Positions 1-9,728 of a stretch of 39,637 nucleotides of DNA are shown one piece after another (position 1 is the first letter of the stretch; the number at the start of each line of letters is the position of its first letter). Below the pieces are notes generated by a model. The model had not been told where the DNA came from, did not search any database, and saw only the letters and a program-made list of their open reading frames with translations. Origin of the DNA: Craspedostauros australis (Eukaryota); the NCBI GenBank assembly GCA_030167865.1, contig JALAGF010003711.1:1-39637 (forward strand), given 5' to 3'. A program made the translations under genes and the position numbers.

Positions 1-882
1 CTCAACGAACCGACCATACCAACAAAGCCCGAGAACTTTGAAGAGATGACCACAGCTCAGGTCATGGAGTGGATGGAAACCGAGAAGAACGAACGTCTCA
101 ATGCCCGGGAGGCTCGCATGCGGCTGAACCGTTGGGACGGGTTGGAAACAAAGCAAGTCGATCCAAACTTTGGCAGCAATCCTCGTGAACTGATCTCGGA
201 ATTGGACACACTCGACGGCTTCGATGCTTCATGTCAGGAGACCGCGGTGCCAACTTTCGACATGGACAAGAAGCTGACAGGTGGTCTTCTCAAGATGAGG
301 GAGGCATGCGGCCATCTTGAGAAAACGATCAGGGAGACAGAAGCGCCCCAATTCAATCCAACCAAACAGAATTTCTGTCCATCACTCACAACTGTGGCTG
401 AGGGATCGAGCAACCTTGCGGATGGATACATTTCCACTGCTGGCGTGAGGAAGATCACAAACAGCGCAGGTAAATTCTTGAGATGGGAAGTGGGACTCTT
501 CACGGTCTGCGTCCAAGGCAAAGATATGTTCGATTCCAGCACAATTGACTACAAAGATATCCGCGATATCAGAGACAGGATTCACCACAGCCTCCTTAAC
601 ATCATGTTTGGCTTGAATCGGTTGTACTGCGTTGCAGGCATGCAAGACAAGCTTGCCATGAATACAGCGCCACCCGAAGACGATGAGGAAGACGACGATA
701 ACAGTGACAGCGACAACGGAACATCCCTTTACGCAGGTTTTCCGACCGATGTGAGTCCACTGTTGAGTGAATCGATGGACAAGCTCGACAATCATCGCAG
801 GCGTAGTCGGAAGACCAGCGAATATGCGTATCGTTTCATGGAGAAGAGGTTGGATGCTCGGAAGGCTGAGAACGGCGATTAG
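1..882 (+). CDS. Hypothetical protein, 5'-truncated by the window edge
   Basis: The frame is open from base 1 (LNEPTIPTKPENFEEM...) to TAG at 880-882. Protein-like composition with an acidic patch (EDDEEDDDNSDSD). No family recognised. Confidence 0.6.
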   Translation, partial: LNEPTIPTKPENFEEMTTAQVMEWMETEKNERLNAREARMRLNRWDGLETKQVDPNFGSNPRELISELDTLDGFDASCQETAVPTFDMDKKLTGGLLKMREACGHLEKTIRETEAPQFNPTKQNFCPSLTTVAEGSSNLADGYISTAGVRKITNSAGKFLRWEVGLFTVCVQGKDMFDSSTIDYKDIRDIRDRIHHSLLNIMFGLNRLYCVAGMQDKLAMNTAPPEDDEEDDDNSDSDNGTSLYAGFPTDVSPLLSESMDKLDNHRRRSRKTSEYAYRFMEKRLDARKAENGD

Positions 883-1642
883 TTGCAGAACTTGGATCAA
901 TAGTGTGTACCATCACGATAGATAAGGAATTGGCGTCATTAGCGCGAACACGCCACATCCGTCCAGTTCTTGTCAATCTGCTTGTGGCGCTCTCCATGCG
1001 ACTCTTCTATCTATTCTCCGATTCTCTAGTTTCGCTCGAGTTTCCCGTTTCAGTTTTGCCTGTCCGTCGAACGGTATTCTGGTTGTCGGTGTTGGTTTTC
1101 GAAATTCCATTTCATGTTGAGGTGAATTTATTCATCAACGACATGACAATTCAGCACATGAGACTTGTTTGCTTTGGTCCATTCTCGTCACCGTGTTGTG
1201 GCCACGCCGTCTTTCCAGTCGTTGCTATGCAACCGGCGATAAATCAGAATGTCGTTGATTTCTTTGGGTCAATAAATAGTCGCAAGTTCTCGTGACGGAG
1301 TTGCAATGACCGGTGAAAAGTGAAGCGATGTGAAGCAACTCACACAGTCAAACGCTGCTCCAACACCTTCGTTCTGCCTGCTCTCACGGTCAGTTTCCAA
1401 CCAACGAGGGGACTTCGACTGGAACAACGACAGACTCTGTGCAGGTTCACGCCAAGGTTGAGCTTTGGTTGGTGGTCTTGATGCGAAGATGGCGGCACGA
1501 GCAACTCCAGCTCTCCGAGATCACAGAGGATGACACAAAAGCTATAGCACGAGGCACTCACAGAAGAGCGGCCATAAGATTAGCTCACAATCAAGACCGC
1601 AGAATAGTTAGTACCAACCACACTCACAACCCCAAGTTTGCC

Positions 1643-2791
1643 ATGACCTCAATCAAGCGGCCACAAACGCCGACAACGAGGAGACGATCGAGGCTCTCGA
1701 AGATCGTGGTGGCCGCCGCCGTCCTCCTTGCGATCCACATCCGCTCCACCTCCGTCTTCAACCAAAGCCTGGCCATCCGACAGCTGAAGCTGCAATCCGA
1801 GACCCTGTGGTCGTCGCTGAACGCGCGGACGCCGGCACAAGACAAGGCGGCGGCCAACACCACCCTCGTGATCATCCTTGGCAACATCCGGTGCGGCGAG
1901 GATGCCTGGGAGACGCTGTACGAGAACGTGCTGAACTACAACAACGCCGATCTGGCCTTGATGGTGGGCGACACGTACCCGGAATACCAGAATTCTACGC
2001 TGTTCGACCGCGCCAAGTACACCTGGAGGTTCGAGGAGTACGATGACTGGGCGGACGCCATCGATCTCGTCAACGGGACGGAATGGCGCACGACGCTGCT
2101 GCCGCACATAGGCGACAACGGCCTGTTCGGCGGCGTCAAGGGCAAGAAGAGCACTGGCGGCCTGCTCATGATGGTGCGATGGTTCCTCATCCAGCATCTC
2201 AAGGAGGACAAGATCCTGGACAAGTACGACAAGTTCGTCATCACGCGTTCCGATCACTACTACCAGTGCCCCCACGACCTGGCCCCGCTCGACACCGACA
2301 ACTTCGTCTGGACGTCCCGTGGCGAATCGTACGGTGGCTACAACGACCGACACTTGGTTGTTGGCAAGAACGACATCATCCCGGCCATCGACCTCATCTC
2401 GCCCATCCTCAAGAATCCAAAGTCCTTCACGCAAAGCTCCATCACCATGGACGACAACATCGAGCGATACCAGGCCAGGATATGGCATCGCAGGGGGATC
2501 CTGCCCAGGGTACGCCAGTTCAAACGCATGATGTTTGTATGCGCGACGCAATTCGACAAGACGCGCTGGATGGAGAGGTCCGCCTACCAGGTGCCCGACA
2601 CGAAGCATCTGCCCATCTTCTTGAAGTACCCCGAGGAGTACAAATCTGCCACACACTTCTGCGAACATCCGACGACGGAGCACTTGGTGGACAAAGCGCA
2701 GGATCAACCCAAGCTGGTGATTTCCAAATCAGTGCTCGCGGGCAAGCCTGTGAAGAGGAAGAACAAGGGGAAGAACAAGAAGAAGCACTAG
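1643..2791 (+). CDS. Type II membrane protein, glycosyltransferase-like (uncharacterised family)
   Basis: Likely start ccATGACC at 1643. Basic N-terminus, one hydrophobic segment (IVVAAAVLLAIHI), then a globular domain with VIILGNIR, YDKFVITRSDHYY and GGYNDRH motifs. Strong G/C third-position bias. Confidence 0.8.
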   Translation: MTSIKRPQTPTTRRRSRLSKIVVAAAVLLAIHIRSTSVFNQSLAIRQLKLQSETLWSSLNARTPAQDKAAANTTLVIILGNIRCGEDAWETLYENVLNYNNADLALMVGDTYPEYQNSTLFDRAKYTWRFEEYDDWADAIDLVNGTEWRTTLLPHIGDNGLFGGVKGKKSTGGLLMMVRWFLIQHLKEDKILDKYDKFVITRSDHYYQCPHDLAPLDTDNFVWTSRGESYGGYNDRHLVVGKNDIIPAIDLISPILKNPKSFTQSSITMDDNIERYQARIWHRRGILPRVRQFKRMMFVCATQFDKTRWMERSAYQVPDTKHLPIFLKYPEEYKSATHFCEHPTTEHLVDKAQDQPKLVISKSVLAGKPVKRKNKGKNKKKH

Positions 2792-3241
2792 AGCGACCAG
2801 CAGTGGAGGCTGTATGTGGGAGGCCGCGCTTGTGAGCTTGTGTGCAGCGTCAACCGCGATCTCAGCTGCAGTGATGTTCACGATGAGGAAAATCGCAGCA
2901 TCTGCGATCGTGGGACAACGCGTTGGCCAGTTTCACCCAGCCACATGTGCCCCACACGGCAGCATAATACAAAGCACCCTGGCACATAGAGTGGTAGCTG
3001 AGCCTACACCAACACCTACAGATACACATGCATGCATGCCTAATTCCAATTAACCCTATGACAAGCTCTTCGCTTGTGGTGCATGCGACCTCTCTCCGTG
3101 TTGCTCTTTCTGATACAGAAGACTGCGGCCTCGCGCATTGAATTCAACTACGAGCACAGTCCGAGTCCTGATCCCCCTGTTGCCACGAGCGAACATGCAC
3201 GCCCCTACTCAACTACCAGTGTGCATCACTGCGCATGTACT

Positions 3242-6200
3242 TCAAGTCGACAACGCAGGCGGCGGCTTGATTTCGTGATAAATCGACGAGAGATGGAACC
3301 GATCCACCACCGTGTGGCTGTTCGGATTGCGTGGGCAGTTGGCCTCATGACCTTCGGCTTCGGTATACGAATCGAACTGACGGAAGCAGTGCTGGCACAC
3401 CACCTTGTTCAATCGTTTGGCTTTGTCCATGCGGCTCGGTGGCGTGGAGGATTCGCCGTTGCGTGCTGGAGATGGCTGGTCTGCTGTTGATGACTGCGAC
3501 AAAGCGTCGTCCCTGCCCCGCGCTTTCGTCTGTGCTGCTGCCTGTGTCGCCGTGGTCGCTGAATCCAAGGCTGCTTGGGCCGCGCCGGACAACTGGAAGA
3601 AGGTATTGACCGTCTCGATTCTCACGGGGCCGGTGGCGCCAAGTCGATTGGCGCGACTCGTCACCTGCTCCAGCAACGCTGCATCGTCGATGGGTTCCAG
3701 CAGGAACATGTGCGTGACGAAGCTCAGGTCGAGGCCGTGGGATAACTCTGCGTCCAAGGACAGGAGGAACACGTCTTCGTGGATCCGTTCGATTGGGGCA
3801 TCGTGGAATGCGTTGCCCGTGAACCACCGTGAACGGCTGTGAAAGCTGCCGCAGGCCTGCCATTTCATGATGCGACCCTCCACTCGGGTCTCCGCACCAG
3901 CATTGCCACCATTCGCAGGGTCCGCACCATCTGCACCTGCATCTGCATCGGCGGCTGCGGCAGCGACGGCAGGCAGTGGACCAAAGTACCAGTCCCGCCC
4001 GGCGAACTGATCGCTGTTGGCAAGGATTCGGCACGTCTCCGCGCCGAGACCATCCCAGTACTCTTCGCTTTTGCGTTTCGGATGCAGCGGATGATCATCA
4101 CGAATGTCGATCAGCACCTTGTCGCCCGGCCTCCAAAACGCGCGGCTCTTGTAGTAGTTCGATAGCGGCTCACCTCGCAGTCTGTCCAGCGGAACATTCA
4201 AAGCTCGGACGATGCGTTCCGGCTCGATCAGAATGCGTGCTTCATCGTCGCTTCCTTCTCTCACGACTACCTCGATCAGAATTTGCTGACACACAGATCG
4301 TCGTCCCTCCTTCGAGTTCAGATGCGTCAGCCTTTCGCAGACCGAGCACCGTCGGCATTCCTTCACATCGTGGCGAAATCGATACAGCTCTCCGCCGATG
4401 TCAGAGCTTGCAGAGGCGTACACCTCCGCGATGTTCTCTGGCGACAGCTGCCGGTACAGCTGCTCTGTGACAGATAGCAGCATGGTGGTAGTTTTCGAGT
4501 ACACGACTGCCTTCACGGGACGCCGATCGATTCCCCCTGCTGCTGTGGGTTCCGTGGACATGTCAACCCGACCTTCCGCGATTCGATTGGCACCGCCATT
4601 GCTGCGCAACGTCTGGCGAGCATCCTTCAGAATCTTGGCGATGTGATCCGCCTGGGCCTTGTCAATTGTGGAATGAAATTCGTCGGAGGTGAGAAAGGCC
4701 TGGAAGTTGTCGAGGGTCTGCTTGGGACGTAGCTTCGAGCCTGCCAGGATCATGTCTTGGATCATGTCAGGAATCATGATATCCACCTCGGCCTGCTCGA
4801 AGATGGGTTTCGGCAGGTGGATGTCTTCCTTGCGATGCATCACGAACAGCGACTTCACGATGGACACGAGCGCTTCTCGTCCTTCCTCAGTCCTCTCCAA
4901 AAACGGACGCTTAACTTCTACATCCCACTTGGATCTGGCCTCCTCTTCTCTCGCCCCATCAGTGGCACCAGGGTCATCGTCATCGCTATGGTCATGGCCA
5001 TTCGCATCGTCATCCTCATCGTCATCGTCATCGCCATCGTCATAGTCATCACCATCCTCATCGCCATGGTCATTCGTATCGACATTGGCGTTGTCAGTGG
5101 TCAAGGTGGTGCTTGCTGCTGCCCGTGATCGTGATTGTGCTCGCGCTCCTGCTGTCGGTGTTGCGACATTGGGCTGCTGCTGCTGTTGATTGAAGCTGCC
5201 GTAGACTGGATGCCGCAGGAATAATAGCAGTCTTTGGATTTGATCCAAGGCGGACTCGTTGAAGCCGTTGTTGTCCTCATCTCCAGTCGTGGGTGTGCCG
5301 CTCATAACCCAGCGTCGTTCGGCGGCGATCTGGTTGATGAAGTGCGTTGCGTCCGATGTCGTTTCATGGCTGCCTAATTCGTGTCCCTCGTCGACGACAA
5401 GGCGCAACCAGCGAATGGACAGGAATGGATTCATGCCGTACTTCTTCGAACTTTCCTGGTGCGACCTCTTCCTCGAGGATGACCGGCGCGACGACGATCT
5501 GGAGGAGGATGCGGAGGAAGCTTCGGTTGAACCGAAATGCCCCAGCTTGAGCTCCTCGCCATAGTACCGACTGCAGCGGCTGAAGGTCGTCACCACGATG
5601 ATGCATTGGCTTAGCTCCATTCGCTTCGGCGGGCTCGGAGATGAATGAATGTGTGACCCCAACAAGGACTTGCCCGGAATGTCGGCCATGTCGCCAATGC
5701 CATCCAAGTACACGAGGCCTCTTGGATACGAGGTTGATGCACCCATCGCGGAATTTGCGCCCCTACCACCACCATTCCTGCTCCTGTCGTGGCTTGTGAA
5801 TGCATCAAAGTTGATGTGCCTGCAAATTTGCTGATGCCAATGCTCCAGCAGCGCGTCCGGCACGATGATCAACGTCGCGCTGGTGGGCAGGAGCTGCCGT
5901 TCCCACACCAGCCGCCTTGACGAAGACGAGGTGCTGGCAAAGACCTTCCTGGAACGCTTGTCCATGAGCGACTTCATCTCCACCACGCCAGCACGGAAGT
6001 CTTCCAAGACTCCGCTCGGCACGACCTTGCCGAACTGCTGAAAGACGTGGCGCTGGAAGGCCTGCACAGTCGGCAGACGGTCATCGGGGTAGGGTGGCGA
6101 CACGAACTGGGCCACCTCGGAGTACAGATCCATGTAGAGCGGTGCGATGTCGCGGATCCAAAGACGGATGGAGCGCATCATGCGCAGGATGTCCTCCTGC

Positions 6201-7000
6201 TTGGCCGGGTTCTGCCGCACCAGCTCCCAGTCCTGCTGCAGCGAACTGCCGTCCCAAAATTCCGGCGGATCTGACGGGCGCTGTCCAGACGTTGACACGA
6301 TGAGCGCCAGCATCGAGATCGTCTTTCCCAAACCCGGTGCGTCGCCGAGAATTCCGCCGCGCAATGCCCCGAATTCCTGCGTGGCGCACTCGACCTTTCG
6401 CATGGCTTGCAGGTCGGCCAGCTGGTGGGGAAACAGCCCCGCCTGGAACCGCATGTCTTCCTCGGTGGAGAGGAGGCCTGGGAAGCCGGGATACGGCACC
6501 ACGTAATTCTTCCCATCGCGACATCTGGAGTACTCGATCGTTGCGAGCTTTTCGCGCAGGGACTTCGACACGAGGGTCAGCCTCAGCATGTCCTGGATGG
6601 TCAGGAAGTCCCATGCACCTGGCGGGCTCCCCATGCGCTCGTGCGCTCCCACGAAGTACATCAGCAGCTGCGGTGCTCCCACTGCCCTCGAAGCGTTGGC
6701 ACTTGCGCTTGCGGTGGAAGTGGTTGCCGTTGCCGTTGTCGTTGTCGTGAGATCCGTCGTCTCCATCTGATCGTTTGGCTGTTGCTCATCTTCATCCACG
6801 TCAGCAACGACATCAGCATCGACAGCAGCATCGACAGCAGCATCGGCATCGATGACAACGACATCAGCGACAGCACTGCGCACATTGATGTGTCCATCGT
6901 TCGAAGCACCCCTCCCTCCGATAAGGCCCCGCAGTGCCAACCTTGCAGCACGTGCGTTGGCAGCTGCTCTCGCTGATCGTCTGGTGCGGACGGACGACAT
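3242..7000 (-). CDS. SNF2-family helicase-like ATPase with N-terminal F-box-like motif and C-terminal zinc finger
   Basis: Motif I GGILGDAPGLGKT, Ia TLIIVPDALLEHW, II LVVDEGH, III VMSGTP, V GLDLSFVTHMFLLEP, VI QVTSRANRLG. F-box-like WDFLTIQDMLRLTLVSKSLR. C-terminal CQHC-x12-H-x3-C. First in-frame ATG at 7000 (MSSVRTRR). Confidence 0.9.
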   Translation of the reverse strand: MSSVRTRRSARAAANARAARLALRGLIGGRGASNDGHINVRSAVADVVVIDADAAVDAAVDADVVADVDEDEQQPNDQMETTDLTTTTTATATTSTASASANASRAVGAPQLLMYFVGAHERMGSPPGAWDFLTIQDMLRLTLVSKSLREKLATIEYSRCRDGKNYVVPYPGFPGLLSTEEDMRFQAGLFPHQLADLQAMRKVECATQEFGALRGGILGDAPGLGKTISMLALIVSTSGQRPSDPPEFWDGSSLQQDWELVRQNPAKQEDILRMMRSIRLWIRDIAPLYMDLYSEVAQFVSPPYPDDRLPTVQAFQRHVFQQFGKVVPSGVLEDFRAGVVEMKSLMDKRSRKVFASTSSSSRRLVWERQLLPTSATLIIVPDALLEHWHQQICRHINFDAFTSHDRSRNGGGRGANSAMGASTSYPRGLVYLDGIGDMADIPGKSLLGSHIHSSPSPPKRMELSQCIIVVTTFSRCSRYYGEELKLGHFGSTEASSASSSRSSSRRSSSRKRSHQESSKKYGMNPFLSIRWLRLVVDEGHELGSHETTSDATHFINQIAAERRWVMSGTPTTGDEDNNGFNESALDQIQRLLLFLRHPVYGSFNQQQQQPNVATPTAGARAQSRSRAAASTTLTTDNANVDTNDHGDEDGDDYDDGDDDDDEDDDANGHDHSDDDDPGATDGAREEEARSKWDVEVKRPFLERTEEGREALVSIVKSLFVMHRKEDIHLPKPIFEQAEVDIMIPDMIQDMILAGSKLRPKQTLDNFQAFLTSDEFHSTIDKAQADHIAKILKDARQTLRSNGGANRIAEGRVDMSTEPTAAGGIDRRPVKAVVYSKTTTMLLSVTEQLYRQLSPENIAEVYASASSDIGGELYRFRHDVKECRRCSVCERLTHLNSKEGRRSVCQQILIEVVVREGSDDEARILIEPERIVRALNVPLDRLRGEPLSNYYKSRAFWRPGDKVLIDIRDDHPLHPKRKSEEYWDGLGAETCRILANSDQFAGRDWYFGPLPAVAAAAADADAGADGADPANGGNAGAETRVEGRIMKWQACGSFHSRSRWFTGNAFHDAPIERIHEDVFLLSLDAELSHGLDLSFVTHMFLLEPIDDAALLEQVTSRANRLGATGPVRIETVNTFFQLSGAAQAALDSATTATQAAAQTKARGRDDALSQSSTADQPSPARNGESSTPPSRMDKAKRLNKVVCQHCFRQFDSYTEAEGHEANCPRNPNSHTVVDRFHLSSIYHEIKPPPALST

Positions 7001-7300
7001 CTCGCGCACCGGGTGTGTGATTTTGTGCGCTGGTGGATCAATGAGAGATTGTTGGAGGCGGTGCAGAGCAGAGTATGGTCGTTTCTCTCTTCCATGTGGT
7101 AGTGTTTGTGCTTTTGCATGTTCGCATGTTGGTTTGTCGTTGTGGAGAATTGGCGTCAAAGGAATGAGTCCACGACTGCGACCTTGGATACGACTACTTG
7201 TGGTAATATATGTATTATCCTCAATTACATGGGAAGAATGAAATAGGGAGATCGTGTAAAATTAGGATTCTTCTCAACAATGCAAGAAATCGAGAACCTC

Positions 7301-7313
7301 AAAAAGCAAAAAA
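7301..7313 (-). terminator. RNA polymerase III terminator (T6 and T5 runs) after the tRNA
   Basis: The minus strand reads TTTTTTGCTTTTT about 10 nt downstream of the tRNA 3' end. Confidence 0.75.
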
Positions 7314-7322
7314 CCATCCGTG

Positions 7323-7394
7323 TACACCAGGTGGGACTCGAACCCACAACTTCTGCCTTAGGAGGGCAACACGCTGCCATTGCGTCACAGGTGC
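7323..7394 (-). tRNA. tRNA-Arg, anticodon CCU
   Basis: 72-nt cloverleaf: acceptor GCACCTG/CTGGTGT+A, D arm ACGC-AATGGCA-GCGT, anticodon arm TTGCC-CTCCTAA-GGCAG, T arm GTGGG-TTCGAGT-CCCAC. No encoded CCA. Confidence 0.93.
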
Positions 7395-7630
7395 TGGTTG
7401 CCAATCATTCACCAAATTGTACTACAAAAAGCATTCTGTCAAAGCACGTCCCCTTCGTGCAATCAATGTGACCGATTTGTTGAACACATCTATCCCCTCT
7501 TCTACATTTTAGTTACTCTACTCTGCACATACGAGGACGACAATGCATGTATGTCTGCGAGATGCATCTGCATTCCATCAAAACTGTTTGCTTGCATGTA
7601 AGCAGGGATGCGTTGCTGCCATAGCTATGG

Positions 7631-8617
7631 CTACGGCATCTTCGGAAAATAGACACCCCAGTCGATGTCCTGTTTCTGTTGCGGCCACGATTCCTCATTC
7701 CACACCTTGCTCTGCGTGAAGGAACGCCCGCAATGAAAGAAGGCATGTTCGACCTTGATGCGTATGGCGAGCTTGGGTGCAATGTCGTCGTCGTCAACGT
7801 CGGTGCTGCTGTTGGATAGCTGCCGCAGAATCCGCGGATTCGTGGTGAGGACGGCCTGTCCCATGACTCTCAACGTCGTAGTGTTGTTGGGAATGACGAA
7901 GCACAGGGATATGCCGGTGTTTTGCAGTATATTTTGCAACCCAAATAATATCTGATTGCCGGGCGTGTCTGGTATCCATATTTCATCGCTTGCGGCGCCG
8001 TTGTTCGTGCTGCGTGTGGGTTTGTGAATCTTGCAGAATCCGGGTGCGCCACCTTTCGGGCTGCAAAATGGCATGACGGGCGGGTACATGTCGTTGTCGT
8101 TGTAATTGCAGCTGGCCGTCGCAAGAAACACCAACGGTGAAGATTCGACGAATTGCTGCATCTGTTCGTCGATGGACTGAATGACCTTGGGCGCATCGAG
8201 CAAGGACGTGCCACCGAATCCGGATGGCGTGATGGCCCTCAGCTGATCCAGCGATGTGATGAGATGCTCGTCCTCGTCGGCCTCCTCGAATCCCAGCTGT
8301 TCGCTGATGTTGCGGTGCGATGATGACGAAGTTCCTGTTTGCGATTTGCCCCTGCCGTTGGAGAACGGTCGCATGGAAGGGATGGATGGCTCCATGCGTG
8401 AACCGTCATCATTGATCGACTGCTGACTCTGGGTCCTGTTGGAACGATGCCGCTGTTGCGACAGAGATCTGCCATCATTGTCACGCAATTCGTTTGCGTA
8501 GGCGCTCTTTGCCTGCAGGTACTTGAAGTACAGATACGTCATGGAGGCGGTGTTGATGAGCGTGAGGATGATCTCGAACGACGAGAACGAGACCTCTGAC
8601 CAAGCCACCATCTTCAT
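7631..8617 (-). CDS. Pyridoxamine 5'-phosphate oxidase-like FMN-binding protein (MSMEG_1061-type) with N-terminal hydrophobic anchor
   Basis: Motifs FVESSPLVFLATAS, CSPKGGAPGF, IPDTPGNQ, LQNILQN, LCFVIP, TLRVMG and VEHAFFHCGRSFTQSKVW match the bacterial PPOX-class split-barrel family. N-terminal FEIILTLINTASMTYLYF. Confidence 0.82.
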   Translation of the reverse strand: MKMVAWSEVSFSSFEIILTLINTASMTYLYFKYLQAKSAYANELRDNDGRSLSQQRHRSNRTQSQQSINDDGSRMEPSIPSMRPFSNGRGKSQTGTSSSSHRNISEQLGFEEADEDEHLITSLDQLRAITPSGFGGTSLLDAPKVIQSIDEQMQQFVESSPLVFLATASCNYNDNDMYPPVMPFCSPKGGAPGFCKIHKPTRSTNNGAASDEIWIPDTPGNQILFGLQNILQNTGISLCFVIPNNTTTLRVMGQAVLTTNPRILRQLSNSSTDVDDDDIAPKLAIRIKVEHAFFHCGRSFTQSKVWNEESWPQQKQDIDWGVYFPKMP

Positions 8618-9728
8618 TGTTGCAGGAGTGCTGGGTGGCAGTGGTTTCTGTGGTTGCAGTGATGAGGTGTGGTGAGATGAGATGATGTGCGCACGGGACG
8701 ATGCGATTGGTACAATTGATGCGGCTGGTGCAATCGATCTTTACGTAGACGCCTCGTAACGTTATTACTAGGCGCTGTGCTGCAATCTCCTTGCCTGTCT
8801 TATCTGGTTCATTGATGAGATTCAAGCTGCTGCTGCCAGCGATGCTGGGGATTGAGATGATTGGAGTACTATTCTCTGCTCTGCTTTGCCCGACTCTGAA
8901 GCACTCTATTCGAATCACGACGACGGTGGAGACAGCACACCAATGGCATCGACATTGGACATTGGGCACGGAGATGAACCATGGACGTGGATGAGGACAT
9001 CAGAGTGAAGGGAAGGTACGAGTGGTAGAACACTCAATTCTGTCGTAGTATCGCACGTGATGAAAAACGAACCGCCCCCACAACCGACACTTCCTCTCAT
9101 GTGTTGATGATGATGGTGATGATGATGCGCAACGGACACATGCGCGCAAATCAAGAGGATGTGCCAAAGAAAAAATGATTGGCCGTCGCCTGCCAAGTCG
9201 CGTCACGTCACAACCAAACGGCAACGTTCGTCATTGCTGTTCAAACTGGAACATTGTAGTCGCATGAGTCAAATTCGGCAGTGTTCTCGGAATCTCCACG
9301 ATGGCCGTGCCGAGTCGTTGTCATCCACGCAGTCCCGTCGCAAACATTTCGAAGCGCGAGAAGACGTGGCAACGTGGTGACGAAGTCCCACATTGAACAC
9401 GACCACAAAAAGTCCCAAACAGAGAAAGACGCAAACAGAGAAACAGACACGCAGAGAGAGAGGGCGAAAACTGTATTTTCACGAACCCACAAAGTTCAAG
9501 CACTCAGCTTTGGTTGCGAGCATCAGTAGCAGTACTTCATTGGTAAAGTAGTCGTACGAGCACTCTGCTGCATCGAGACACCACCAATCAATCAATCGAT
9601 CGATCAATCACAAACACAAAAAGGACGATACCCAACAAAGACCATCCCAATCGGCACGATCAGCGCAATCAGCGCAATCAGCACAATAAGCACTTAACAG
9701 TCCCCACACACACAGCGATTTGAAGAAG

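Noticed and set aside
1649-2835. Overlapping antisense and alternative-frame ORFs (352 and 250 aa), and similar ones over the importin, MFS and RING genes
   Set aside because: Shadow ORFs caused by high GC3 codon bias; no recognisable motifs.
7580-7650. Possible homopolymer frameshift extending the PPOX C-terminus (YF-SEDAVAIAM)
   Set aside because: The present end is plausible and there is no homology evidence for the extension.
9585-9693. Short tandem repeats (ATCA/ATCG; ATCAGCGCA) as a CRISPR-like array
   Set aside because: Simple 4-9 bp tandems without spacers in a probable 5' UTR; eukaryotic context and no cas genes.
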